DNA from: a bacterium
GTDB taxonomy: Bacteria; Bdellovibrionota_C; UBA2361; CALJRW01
Length of the DNA stretch: 64,000 bases
Reading direction: 5' to 3'
NCBI GenBank assembly: GCA_031385045.1
Contig: JANNBC010000015.1
Location: 19,665 to 83,664, forward strand
Of the stretch, positions 9,802-18,575 are shown piece after piece. Position 1 is the stretch's first letter; the number at the start of each line of letters is the position of its first letter. A model generated the notes under the pieces. The model was given only the letters and a program-made list of their open reading frames with translations, ran no database searches and was not told where the DNA came from. The position numbers and the translations under genes are program-made.

Positions 9802-11430
9802 ATTAGACTAATTTTATTGCCTATTTTACTATCCATCTGGTTAAACTCTAACCAACTTTTTGCAGAACAAGGCTTCCATGCCTTTCAAGTTAGATCATCT
9901 AACTCCAATATCAAGAAAAGCATTAAAGAAAATTATTCAGGAAAACTAAAACTTCAATTCCAATTAAGAATCGCGAGAATAGGTAGATTAAAAATTACCC
10001 TTAAGAAACAAGAAGTTCCAAAATCTACAATTCTTTATACCGATAAAAACAATCAAATTACTCAAACCAAATCATCAATTATAAATTTTAAAGGACTGGT
10101 AAAACATAAAAACTTCACCAGTCCCTTAGCCGGCAGTGCATTTGCGTTTAGCAACAAACCAGAAGAGCAGAATCTAATTTTAAGTTTTAGTACAAAAAGA
10201 AAAGCAAACACCCAATTAAACAAAATTAAAACTAACCTTTCGAATCCAAAACATTACTCAAGGCTCTATCGTCTATCTAAATCAGAACCAATTCCATGCG
10301 GAAATACGAAAGAACGCTTGAACCCCTTGAGTAACAATTTCACAAATGCAAACCCAAGACTCTCTTCCTTTTCAACATTTAAAGAAATTGAACTTAACCT
10401 AGATGCAGATGCCTATTGGTATCAAATCTTTGGGAGTGATAGTCATAATTTTATTAGTATGTTTGTTAATGAAGCCGAAGTGATCTACGAGGAACAGTTA
10501 GGTCTTACTTTCAAAATTATACGGCAAAATGTTTTTATTGATAAAAACTTTGGAAGCGTACCTTCGACTGAACAACTCAATAATTATCTTTCCTATAGTC
10601 TCAATCAAACATATTCAAATTATGCTGATATTTTCTATTTATTATCAGGCAAAGATAACTATATGGACGACACCATTGGAATAGCTAAATTTAAAACATT
10701 ATGCTTTGCGCCAAGTAGCTCATTTGGAATGAGTCAATTTACTAATATATTATCTAGTTTTTCGGTCATTACTCATGAAATAGGTCATATCTTAGGAGCG
10801 ATTCATGATGATGGGATAAATTATGAAGGCAACTTATGTTCTAGTTCAGAGAACTTTATTATGTCCCCATTTCTTAATAACACATCTCCCCAATCCACCT
10901 TCTCCCTCTGCTCAATCAATTCAATAAATTCTTACTTAACAGATGCCGACTTCTGTCTAACTCCAGTTTCCTCAAACTCCACCGACGCCACACCCAACAC
11001 CCTCCCCCCAAGAACCCCAATGGAAAACCCAATCCCTATTGCCCCCTTGGGTGAAATAGATCTTAAAGTAAGATTAAATAAAAATGGTACTGTAAGAATC
11101 ACCACAACATGGCAAGCAGAAGAAGATATTAATGATTGTCGCCTTTACCTAGATGCCGATTACAATCCAAGTAACCTAGCAACAGATAACTCCAAAAGTT
11201 TTACTTCTCTCCCCCTAGAGAACTCCCCTTTCTCAATAAAAGTAAAAGTCCCTTTTAAAATCAAAGCAAAAAATAAAAAGTTTTCTTTACTTACACGATT
11301 AGTTTGTAACCAAGCAGAAAGAAACCGAAGTCAAATAGTAGCAATAAAACCAAATAAAATTGATTCCCAACAAGAAATTAAACCCAACCAATGGCTTCGC
11401 AAATTTACCCAGAAACTTAGATCCCTTTAG
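9742..11430 (+). CDS. secreted reprolysin/metzincin-like zinc metalloprotease
   Basis: N-terminal hydrophobic signal. Extended metzincin zinc motif HEIGHILGAIHDD (HExxHxxGxxHD) with a downstream Met-containing turn candidate. Long N- and C-terminal extensions. Confidence 0.7.
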   Translation: MKAKFLIEPQNRERYYSIVQIRLILLPILLSIWLNSNQLFAEQGFHAFQVRSSNSNIKKSIKENYSGKLKLQFQLRIARIGRLKITLKKQEVPKSTILYTDKNNQITQTKSSIINFKGLVKHKNFTSPLAGSAFAFSNKPEEQNLILSFSTKRKANTQLNKIKTNLSNPKHYSRLYRLSKSEPIPCGNTKERLNPLSNNFTNANPRLSSFSTFKEIELNLDADAYWYQIFGSDSHNFISMFVNEAEVIYEEQLGLTFKIIRQNVFIDKNFGSVPSTEQLNNYLSYSLNQTYSNYADIFYLLSGKDNYMDDTIGIAKFKTLCFAPSSSFGMSQFTNILSSFSVITHEIGHILGAIHDDGINYEGNLCSSSENFIMSPFLNNTSPQSTFSLCSINSINSYLTDADFCLTPVSSNSTDATPNTLPPRTPMENPIPIAPLGEIDLKVRLNKNGTVRITTTWQAEEDINDCRLYLDADYNPSNLATDNSKSFTSLPLENSPFSIKVKVPFKIKAKNKKFSLLTRLVCNQAERNRSQIVAIKPNKIDSQQEIKPNQWLRKFTQKLRSL

Positions 11431-11529
11431 TTAAGCTAAATATTCTCTTTTTAAAGCAACTTTATTGATTTTAAATCGATAGATTAATACTTGATTAGCC
11501 TTAAAAAAGTAGCTACAATGTAATTACTT

Positions 11530-11784
11530 ATGAAAACTAAAGTAGTCCAAATTGGCAACTCTAAAGGCATTCGAATTCCTAAAAAAGTATTAGAAGAACT
11601 TGGGGGAGCAGAAGAAGTGTACATGGAAGCAAATGGTGGAAAAATAATTATTAGCCCTGTGAAGGAAGTGAGATCCGACTGGGCAAGCAAATTTAAAAAA
11701 ATGGCTACTAACAAAGACGATCTACTAATTGACGACTCTCCTAATCAGACTTCGTGGGATGAAAAGGAATGGGAATGGAAGTAA
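11530..11784 (+). CDS. mazE: antitoxin MazE/PemI (SpoVT-AbrB fold)
   Basis: MKTKVVQIGNSKGIRIPKKVLEELG is a classic AbrB/MazE swapped-hairpin N-terminus. Overlaps the toxin gene by 16 nt. Confidence 0.85.
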   Translation: MKTKVVQIGNSKGIRIPKKVLEELGGAEEVYMEANGGKIIISPVKEVRSDWASKFKKMATNKDDLLIDDSPNQTSWDEKEWEWK

Positions 11785-12098
11785 GGAGGTTTGAAGTATT
11801 ATTAATCAATCTAGATCCAACAATTGGACGTGAAATAAAAAAAACTCGCCCCTGCTTAGTGATTTCACCCGATGAAATGAACAGCTATATTTCAACTATT
11901 ATCGTTGCCCCAATGACAACTCAACAAAGAGTCTATCCAACAAGAATCAAGTGTAAATTTAAATTAAAATCTTGCGACTTAGTATTAGATCAGATTCGAA
12001 CCATTGATAAATCAAGAGTTATTAAAAAACTAGGACAAATTGATTCTAAAACCCAAAACAAAGCACTTAAAGTTCTTCAAGAAATGTTTGCATATTAA
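11769..12098 (+). CDS. mazF: toxin MazF/PemK endoribonuclease
   Basis: 109 aa. ...LDPTIGREIKKTRPCLVISPDEMN...IVAPMTT matches the PemK/MazF core. Confidence 0.85.
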   Translation: MGMEVRRFEVLLINLDPTIGREIKKTRPCLVISPDEMNSYISTIIVAPMTTQQRVYPTRIKCKFKLKSCDLVLDQIRTIDKSRVIKKLGQIDSKTQNKALKVLQEMFAY

Positions 12099-12102
12099 TT
12101 TC

Positions 12103-12120
12103 TGAAAATATTCAGAACCA
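12103..12120 (+). terminator. putative intrinsic terminator after mazF
   Basis: TTCTGAA-AATA-TTCAGAA hairpin followed by a T-rich tract. Confidence 0.4.
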
Positions 12121-12252
12121 ATAATTTTTACAATTTATATTTTGTTGCTAGCAAATCTCGCATAACACTTGGCGTAATATCTGATAAGAAAAAAACTTAA
12201 GATCAGCAATACAATTATGATTGTGAGCATTTAGATATACGAGGCAAGGCAT

Positions 12253-12641
12253 TCATGCTAAACTAGCCCCAATCATACCACTAACTCCGTCTTCAATGAC
12301 TACACAATGCCTAGCATCAACATCTAAACGTTTTGCTTGATCAATAAGCTAGCGCCAGCAATCACTTTAACAGAACCGGCAATTGCTTTATCCATTAAAA
12401 GCTCTTTTCTTTTCAAGACTTCAGTAATATTAACATTCGTTCTAGCTACTTCTTCAAATATACTTTTAAACATTACCTCATCGCTAATCCCTGAGAATCT
12501 CTTGCTAAGTTCTTCTGGATTTATCAAAATATCAAATGACATTAACAAATCTGCTTCGACACTGGAATGAATAATTTGTGTATCTGAAATGACTCCTTCT
12601 AAGTCAAAGATTACTGCATAAGATTTATTCTGATTTTTCAT
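12253..12641 (-). pseudogene. degraded HAD-superfamily (beta-phosphoglucomutase-like) hydrolase
   Basis: The 105-aa ORF carries HAD motif I (AVIFDLEGVISDT) and a cap domain, then stops. The C-terminal motif (RLDVDARHCVVIEDGVSGMIGASLA) lies in another frame just downstream. The motif II/K region, about 40 aa, is missing. Confidence 0.45.
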
Positions 12642-12740
12642 CTTAAAAATTTTCTCACTTAATATTAGCTAGGGCTCTCCTCAGACAAAGAGCATTGACC
12701 GAATAACAATAACTGTGCGTTAAAGAAAAACACCCTCTAT

Positions 12741-13487
12741 TTACCAAATTATTGGTTTTTTATTTGCATTAATAATCATATTAGCAATTATTGCCGCCTT
12801 TTTCTGACTAAATGACCACATATGTCTTGATAGTGGGATACATGAAGTCTCATCTAAATTAAAGTTTTCTTGAAAAATAGTATAACTAGCGGTCTCTCCC
12901 TTTTTATAAATCGCAATTTTAGTCCAAGGAGAAAATAAAAATTCTGAGCACGTCTCAAAAAAGAAAATATTCTTCCTTATACTATCGTAGTGCTTAATAG
13001 AAATTTCCTTGCTTTCTTTAATAAATATCTCAGATAAGAATTTATATTTATTTCTGAGATCCGAAGGAATAAGTTCAGAAAGAAAAAGTGACGAGTTTTT
13101 ATAATTCTCAAAGATTGCCTCCATATTTGGAAAAATATAAGAAATCTTCACACCACGATATGCAGCCTCTATTATATTTGCTCTTATTAGGGGATTCTCA
13201 AATTCAATGATTGCCCTAGTTGAGTGTAAATAGAATTCATCTCCATCAACTAGATTATCAATAGCTTCTGCAATTGATCTGATGTGCACTTCGGGAGAAT
13301 AATTATCATAGAACTCTTTTAAAAGCTTAGATGTTTTTTTTGGTATCTCATGATCTTCCCAATAAGAATCTTTACTTAGTCTAGATAAATATAATTCGCT
13401 AACGTGCAAATATTTTGCAATCTCTTCATTGCGAATACCTGCACCATTCAGATCATCAATAAGTTTTTTTGCCTCACTTGGCTTCAT
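12741..13487 (-). CDS. hypothetical protein with N-terminal HTH-like segment
   Basis: 248 aa. ...RNEEIAKYLHVSELYLSRL resembles a helix-turn-helix. The rest is unrecognised. Transcribed divergently from the GuaC-like gene. Confidence 0.4.
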   Translation of the reverse strand: MKPSEAKKLIDDLNGAGIRNEEIAKYLHVSELYLSRLSKDSYWEDHEIPKKTSKLLKEFYDNYSPEVHIRSIAEAIDNLVDGDEFYLHSTRAIIEFENPLIRANIIEAAYRGVKISYIFPNMEAIFENYKNSSLFLSELIPSDLRNKYKFLSEIFIKESKEISIKHYDSIRKNIFFFETCSEFLFSPWTKIAIYKKGETASYTIFQENFNLDETSCIPLSRHMWSFSQKKAAIIANMIINANKKPIIW

Positions 13488-13577
13488 CTATTAAGAATTA
13501 TTATAAAATTAAGAATTATTAATCATATTGCAGTATCGTATAATCTTAGGCAAACCAAGAGAAAAACAATGTTAATA

Positions 13578-13614
13578 TTAGATATTTTATCTTGACTTAA
13601 GATAAAATATCTAA
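13578..13614. promoter_or_regulatory. perfect 16-bp inverted repeat (putative operator) between divergent genes
   Basis: TTAGATATTTTATCTT-gactt-AAGATAAAATATCTAA, about 50 bp upstream of the ATG at 13661. Confidence 0.45.
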
Positions 13615-13660
13615 TAAATCATTATAATATCAATTTTAACAATAAAGTAAGGACATTAGG

Positions 13661-14743
13661 TTGATGGATTCAGTAATTTCTTTAGATGGCCTAAGCTTTG
13701 ATGATGTGAGCATTAAACCAAAGCTAATTAAGAATTCTCCTGAAATTGTTTCACTAGAAAGTGAAGTATTTAGAGGATTTTATTCAACTATTCCAGTAAT
13801 TCCTGCCCCAATGAATGATATATTTTCTTCTGCACTTGCAAGCGAATTATCTCATTTTAATATTGCATGTCCATTCCCACGAGAATTTGACTATGCGCAC
13901 ACTAAAAATCTACCGGCTAACACTTCTCACATTCCAAGAGTTGCTACAGCAAGCCCCTTTCGCCCAGAACTTGTAAAATTCCTATTAGCTAGCCCACATT
14001 TTGATTATATTATTCTTGATAGTGTTGCCGTTTATAATTCTAAAGTTTTTGAGCTTCTAGATTCGATTGACTCAAATCATCATCAAAAGATTATCGTTGG
14101 AAATATTGCTACGAAAGAAGCAGCAAGTGACTTTTCGCAATATCCGCTAGCAGCTTTAAAAGTTGGCTTGGGTAGTGGATCTATTTGTACAACTACTGAA
14201 ATTACTGGTATAGGCATTCCACAACTTCAAGCGATAAGCGAAGTATCCTCTGTCTTAAAAGACTCTGGAATTCCTCTAATCTCAGATGGAGGAATAAGAA
14301 ATACTGGTGATATAATTAAGGCGCTTGGTGCAGGTGCAAATTCTATAATGATGGGGAAATTATTTGCTGCAACTACAGAAGCTGCCAGTAAAATCTACAT
14401 TCATGATGGGATAGAGTATAAAAGATATGAAGGTGCAGAATATGCTACAATCGAACTTGATCAGGAAGCTGATGTATTCAGGAAGTTAGAAGCTGACAGT
14501 TTTAAATATCTTGACAAGCATAGATCTGAAGGGGTCTCTGGTTTAATCAAACACAAAGGTCCAGTCCGATTTTTATTAGAGCATATTAAAAGATCGTGCT
14601 CCGCAGCAGTCTCTTTTGTTGGGGCAAGTAACCTAACTGAATTTAGAAAAAATGTAGAATTTGTTAAGAGAAGTCCTGCTGCAGGTATAGAAAGTAGATC
14701 GCATGGTATTGATATAGTTTCTAAAAACAATAGATTAATTTAA
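13661..14743 (+). CDS. divergent GMP reductase/IMPDH-family TIM-barrel protein without CBS insertion (GuaC-like)
   Basis: 360 aa. GLSFDDVSIKPK N-terminus, IPVIPAPMNDI, catalytic-loop KVGLGSGSICTT with Cys retained, DGGIRNTGDIIKALGAGANSIMMG. Length and the absence of a CBS pair fit GuaC rather than GuaB. Confidence 0.65.
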   Translation: MMDSVISLDGLSFDDVSIKPKLIKNSPEIVSLESEVFRGFYSTIPVIPAPMNDIFSSALASELSHFNIACPFPREFDYAHTKNLPANTSHIPRVATASPFRPELVKFLLASPHFDYIILDSVAVYNSKVFELLDSIDSNHHQKIIVGNIATKEAASDFSQYPLAALKVGLGSGSICTTTEITGIGIPQLQAISEVSSVLKDSGIPLISDGGIRNTGDIIKALGAGANSIMMGKLFAATTEAASKIYIHDGIEYKRYEGAEYATIELDQEADVFRKLEADSFKYLDKHRSEGVSGLIKHKGPVRFLLEHIKRSCSAAVSFVGASNLTEFRKNVEFVKRSPAAGIESRSHGIDIVSKNNRLI

Positions 14744-14746
14744 AAA

Positions 14747-15463
14747 ATGATGACACAACAAGACGATAAGTCTCAACAACAAAATATACATATTAGAAGA
14801 CTAGCTTCTAATGTAAAGGCGATTTACTTTGATGTTGATGGCACACTAATTGATGATTCAAACTCAGGAGGTAGTGTTTGGAAAAAAATCCATCAACTGG
14901 CTGGTGTCACAGAAGAAACTAGAGAAGAGCGTTATCAATTATATAAAGCTAAACAGCTATCATATGAAGAATGGATGCAGTTAGATATATCATCTTGGCA
15001 AAATGCTGGCATTACAAAAAAACAAATCTCATTAATTATCTCTGAGCTAAGGTTATACGATGGTGTTAAGGATACGATTTCACGTTTATACAATGAAGGT
15101 TATAAACTTGGTATTATTTCAAGCTCAATAGATATTGGCATTTTCTCATTACTAGATCCAAATTTATTTACTGAAAAAGCGATTAACAAATTATTTTTTG
15201 ATGAGGAAGGACGCATTGCATCTTGGGATACAAGCGCCTGTCGCTTAGAAGAGAAGGGTGAAATATTAAAATACTTGGCAAAATCTCAAGGGTTAACCTC
15301 AGATCAAGTAGCTTTCATAGGAAATGATTTTAATGATATTGGCGCAGCAAATTTCGCTGGTCTCTCTTTCTCTTTTAGTAGCGTATCACCTGAACTTGAT
15401 AGCCTTGTTAACTTTACGGATCGAACTGGTGACATGCGAAATATTTTGAAATTTTTTATTTAA
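14747..15463 (+). CDS. HAD-IB (phosphoserine-phosphatase-like) hydrolase
   Basis: Motif I IYFDVDGTLID and motif IV IGNDFNDIGAANFAG. Starts 4 nt after the GuaC-like stop, so probably the same operon. Confidence 0.6.
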   Translation: MMTQQDDKSQQQNIHIRRLASNVKAIYFDVDGTLIDDSNSGGSVWKKIHQLAGVTEETREERYQLYKAKQLSYEEWMQLDISSWQNAGITKKQISLIISELRLYDGVKDTISRLYNEGYKLGIISSSIDIGIFSLLDPNLFTEKAINKLFFDEEGRIASWDTSACRLEEKGEILKYLAKSQGLTSDQVAFIGNDFNDIGAANFAGLSFSFSSVSPELDSLVNFTDRTGDMRNILKFFI

Positions 15464-15929
15464 GAATTTACCATAAAACTGTATCTAGCACTAAAAACAA
15501 AGTATGTACGAATACAACCACCTAGGCATCCTGCTCAAATGAGGCAACACCTCGCCTTAATCTTTGTGCTAGTTATATCTAATACTTTTGACAGAATTTT
15601 TTATTCTCAAGGGTGCAGACTTTGTTGATTTCATCCCAACGCTTTAAGTGCAATCATTAACCTAACTACAGAAGTAGATAATTTATCTTACAAAATATTT
15701 GGCTCAACAGATCTACCGACTTGATCACCTTGTGCAACGTTTACAGGAGATAGGCAAACTTTTTAGTATATCGAGCCAATTTACGAACGGGCATTCTTTA
15801 AGGCATATAGAATCAACCCATAATTATAATCCCGAATTATCCTCTGTAAAATCAAAGAGTTAGTCTGGCTACTTCTTAAGACTAAAAGAACCATTAGGTC
15901 AGTCTCAAAATGATAATTAATATTTTCTA

Positions 15930-15976
15930 ACATTGTTTTGATTGACTAGCATAACCAATAGGAAGAGAATCAGCTT
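15930..15976 (+). promoter_or_regulatory. conserved promoter segment, copy 1 (-35 TTGACT, 17 bp, GAGAAT)
   Basis: AACATTGTT..TTGACTAGCATAACCAAT..AGAGAATC is almost identical to the segment at 17231..17276 upstream of the paralog. Confidence 0.5.
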
Positions 15977-16011
15977 TTATTTAATTCTCTGGCTTAGTTC
16001 AGGGTGACAAT

Positions 16012-17091
16012 ATGCACAGTTATATAGGTACTTCATCAGATGCTTCAAGTAATTTGGATGTGAAACCTGCCAATAACCATCTACCATCATTACCTCACAA
16101 AAATCCTAACTCATATCAGAGTTCAATTTCTAGAGTCTTTTCGAACAATATTACATTAATGTTGGCAGCATTAGGTGTTAGTGTTGGGAGTATGACTGCT
16201 CAAGCGACTGAAACGGTAACAGCACCAACATGGGCATCAAAAACAACACTTCAAGGGTGTGGGGCAATTCAATCAAATTCAAACTCAGGAGGTGCGACTC
16301 GTGCTGGATTCCAAAAAACTGTTACAAATGAGCTCAAAAATGCGTCGACTATTCAAATTTCGTGGGGAATTCAAGCACGGGATATTGGGTCAGGATTAAA
16401 CGTATCAAATTGGAGACCCTATTTGGAAGTTCGTTCATTGAATGGGCAAAGTTCAACTGTTGTTGCAACGATTAGGCTTAATATAAATGATTTTGTTAAT
16501 TTAGATGGAACTCCTATACAGAAAACTACCATAGGAACAACTACAACTTTTGTCCCTTCTATGGACTATGGAACATCATCAAGTGGAAAAACTAATTATG
16601 TGTTCTCTTATGCAATTAAGGGAGAAGATTTAGCTAGATTTCAAAATAGTCTTGTAATTGGACAAGAAATGGCATTTTTTCTAATCAATGAATCCAATTC
16701 AAATGAAGGAATTGCCTATACACTTGGTAGCCCAAGTGTATTAAACAAAGGAGGAAATCAATTGGCTACTTTAAATTCGGTTAACCTAGATACCCTAGCA
16801 CTACCAACTATGTACAATACAGGGCTTGCTTTTGAATTAAATGCTATCACTCACCAAGCCATAGTTACTGCAAAAGAACCTAAACTATCTATTCATACAG
16901 AATCTGGGCAAGCCATTGTGGATTTAGTCACTGAAAACGATGGCCAAAAATACACTATTCTACGATCAACGGACCTAAAGAATTGGGTACCTTGTAGCGA
17001 GCATATTGGGGATGGCTCTAAACATACATATACTGAAAGTATATCTGCTCAAGCTTATTTTACTGTAAATAAGATCACAACAGCCCCCTAA
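16012..17091 (+). CDS. secreted protein, paralog A of a two-member family
   Basis: 359 aa. Hydrophobic signal-like region after a ~45-aa polar leader. Long collinear identity with 17374..18288 (WA..T.LQG.GAIQSN.NSGGATRAGF...MAFFLINESN...LATLNSVNL). Confidence 0.6.
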   Translation: MHSYIGTSSDASSNLDVKPANNHLPSLPHKNPNSYQSSISRVFSNNITLMLAALGVSVGSMTAQATETVTAPTWASKTTLQGCGAIQSNSNSGGATRAGFQKTVTNELKNASTIQISWGIQARDIGSGLNVSNWRPYLEVRSLNGQSSTVVATIRLNINDFVNLDGTPIQKTTIGTTTTFVPSMDYGTSSSGKTNYVFSYAIKGEDLARFQNSLVIGQEMAFFLINESNSNEGIAYTLGSPSVLNKGGNQLATLNSVNLDTLALPTMYNTGLAFELNAITHQAIVTAKEPKLSIHTESGQAIVDLVTENDGQKYTILRSTDLKNWVPCSEHIGDGSKHTYTESISAQAYFTVNKITTAP

Positions 17092-17230
17092 ATAGTCTAA
17101 GATGCTAATATCTTGAGACTTATTCATAAGTAAGTTAATTAACAAGCTTATCCTTTCAAGATAATCCATCAAAATAATCAAAAAAAACTTCAATTATATT
17201 GAACTAGTAAAAACAAAAATATGTTTATGT

Positions 17231-17276
17231 AACATTGTTATACTTGACTAGCATAATCAATTAACAGAGAATCCCA
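17231..17276 (+). promoter_or_regulatory. conserved promoter segment, copy 2
   Basis: AACATTGTT..TTGACTAGCATAATCAAT..AGAGAATC, same -35/-10 spacing as copy 1. Confidence 0.5.
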
Positions 17277-17373
17277 TTGCTTAGAAAAGTTTAAGTTATT
17301 CCTCTAACATTTGATGTTTAAAGATTTATCTATCTTTAGGAACTATTAAAGACTTAAATTTATATATTAGACT

Positions 17374-18288
17374 ATGAATACCTCAATTGACTTACACACT
17401 AAATCAACAGCTCAAAATAATAACCTGCCAACTGCAATTAATAATCTTTCAGGAGCTGAATTAACAGCACATCTGCCTGTTAAAAATTCAATAACACGAG
17501 CGGCTCTTGGACTTACTGCGATTGTGGGCTTTGCTTTCAGTACAACAAATAATGTCGAGGCTGCAACCGTAATTATTCCAGACTGGGCCAATCAAACCGT
17601 ATTACAAGGGGTAGGAGCGATTCAATCAAACATGAATTCGGGAGGTGCAACACGTGCCGGCTTTGAGAAAATTGTCACAACAGAATTCACAAATGCTTCA
17701 TCTGTTCAAGTTACATGGGGAGTTCAGGCTAGAGATCTAGGGGCGGGTCTAAATGTTGCCGATTGGAATCCTTTGATTGAAGTTCGCTCTTTACAAAGTG
17801 GAAGCTCTACTGTTGTTGCAACAATACATCTTGATATTCATAATTTTGTTAACATGGATGGCACTCCTATCCAAATGGTTACAACTGGAGCATCAACAAC
17901 ATTTGCATCTCCTGTTAATTTTAATTATGGAACTTCCTCAACTGGAAGAACTAATTATGTATTTGCATATTCATTAACTGGTGATAGCTTGACTACATTT
18001 CAGAATAGCCTTTTAGTAGGTCAAAAAATGGCATTTTTTCTAATCAACGAATCAAACACTAACTCTGGAGCCGCATATACCCTAGGAAATGCAACAGTAC
18101 TGAATAATGGTGGCAATCCTTTAGCAACTTTAAATTCAGTAAATTTAAATACAACATCATTACCTACAGAATTCAATAGTACTGGGATTGCCTTTGATCT
18201 AAAAGGAATACCAGAACCATCGATAGCATTTCTCACCACTGTTGCAATCTCACTTCTAGGACTTCGACGAAATAGAGAAAATAATTAA
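17374..18288 (+). CDS. secreted protein, paralog B, with C-terminal PEP-CTERM sorting signal
   Basis: 304 aa. Shares the core with paralog A. Ends ...GIPEPSIAFLTTVAISLLGLRRNRENN (PEP motif, TM helix, basic cluster). Confidence 0.65.
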   Translation: MNTSIDLHTKSTAQNNNLPTAINNLSGAELTAHLPVKNSITRAALGLTAIVGFAFSTTNNVEAATVIIPDWANQTVLQGVGAIQSNMNSGGATRAGFEKIVTTEFTNASSVQVTWGVQARDLGAGLNVADWNPLIEVRSLQSGSSTVVATIHLDIHNFVNMDGTPIQMVTTGASTTFASPVNFNYGTSSTGRTNYVFAYSLTGDSLTTFQNSLLVGQKMAFFLINESNTNSGAAYTLGNATVLNNGGNPLATLNSVNLNTTSLPTEFNSTGIAFDLKGIPEPSIAFLTTVAISLLGLRRNRENN

Positions 18289-18293
18289 TTACA

Positions 18294-18575
18294 ATGTCAC
18301 AAAAAGGGGCTGTAATTGAATATGCTGTTTTAGTACTATTAATTGTTGCCGTTACTCTTTCCCTGACTGGATTAGGGAAAGGAATGAGAGAGCTTTTCTG
18401 TGATATCTCATATGGGTTCAATGACAAGAAGTTTAATACAGGTAATCACGTATGGTCTGAATCTCTTAATTGTTGCATACCAACTGCTTTCCTTGATTTT
18501 TGTGATCAAGATCTAGCCGAGCTACTCGGCGAAGATTGTCCTGCGATAGAACTACCCGAGACATGCTCAAACTAG
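18294..18575 (+). CDS. Flp/Fap-family pilin with Cys-rich C-terminal extension
   Basis: MSQKG/AVIEYAVLVLLIVAVTLSLTGLGKGMRELF matches the Flp prepilin cleavage/G-xxxxEY motif and the ...TxLGxxLRxxF pilin core. Followed by ~50 extra residues with 6 Cys. Confidence 0.55.
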   Translation: MSQKGAVIEYAVLVLLIVAVTLSLTGLGKGMRELFCDISYGFNDKKFNTGNHVWSESLNCCIPTAFLDFCDQDLAELLGEDCPAIELPETCSN

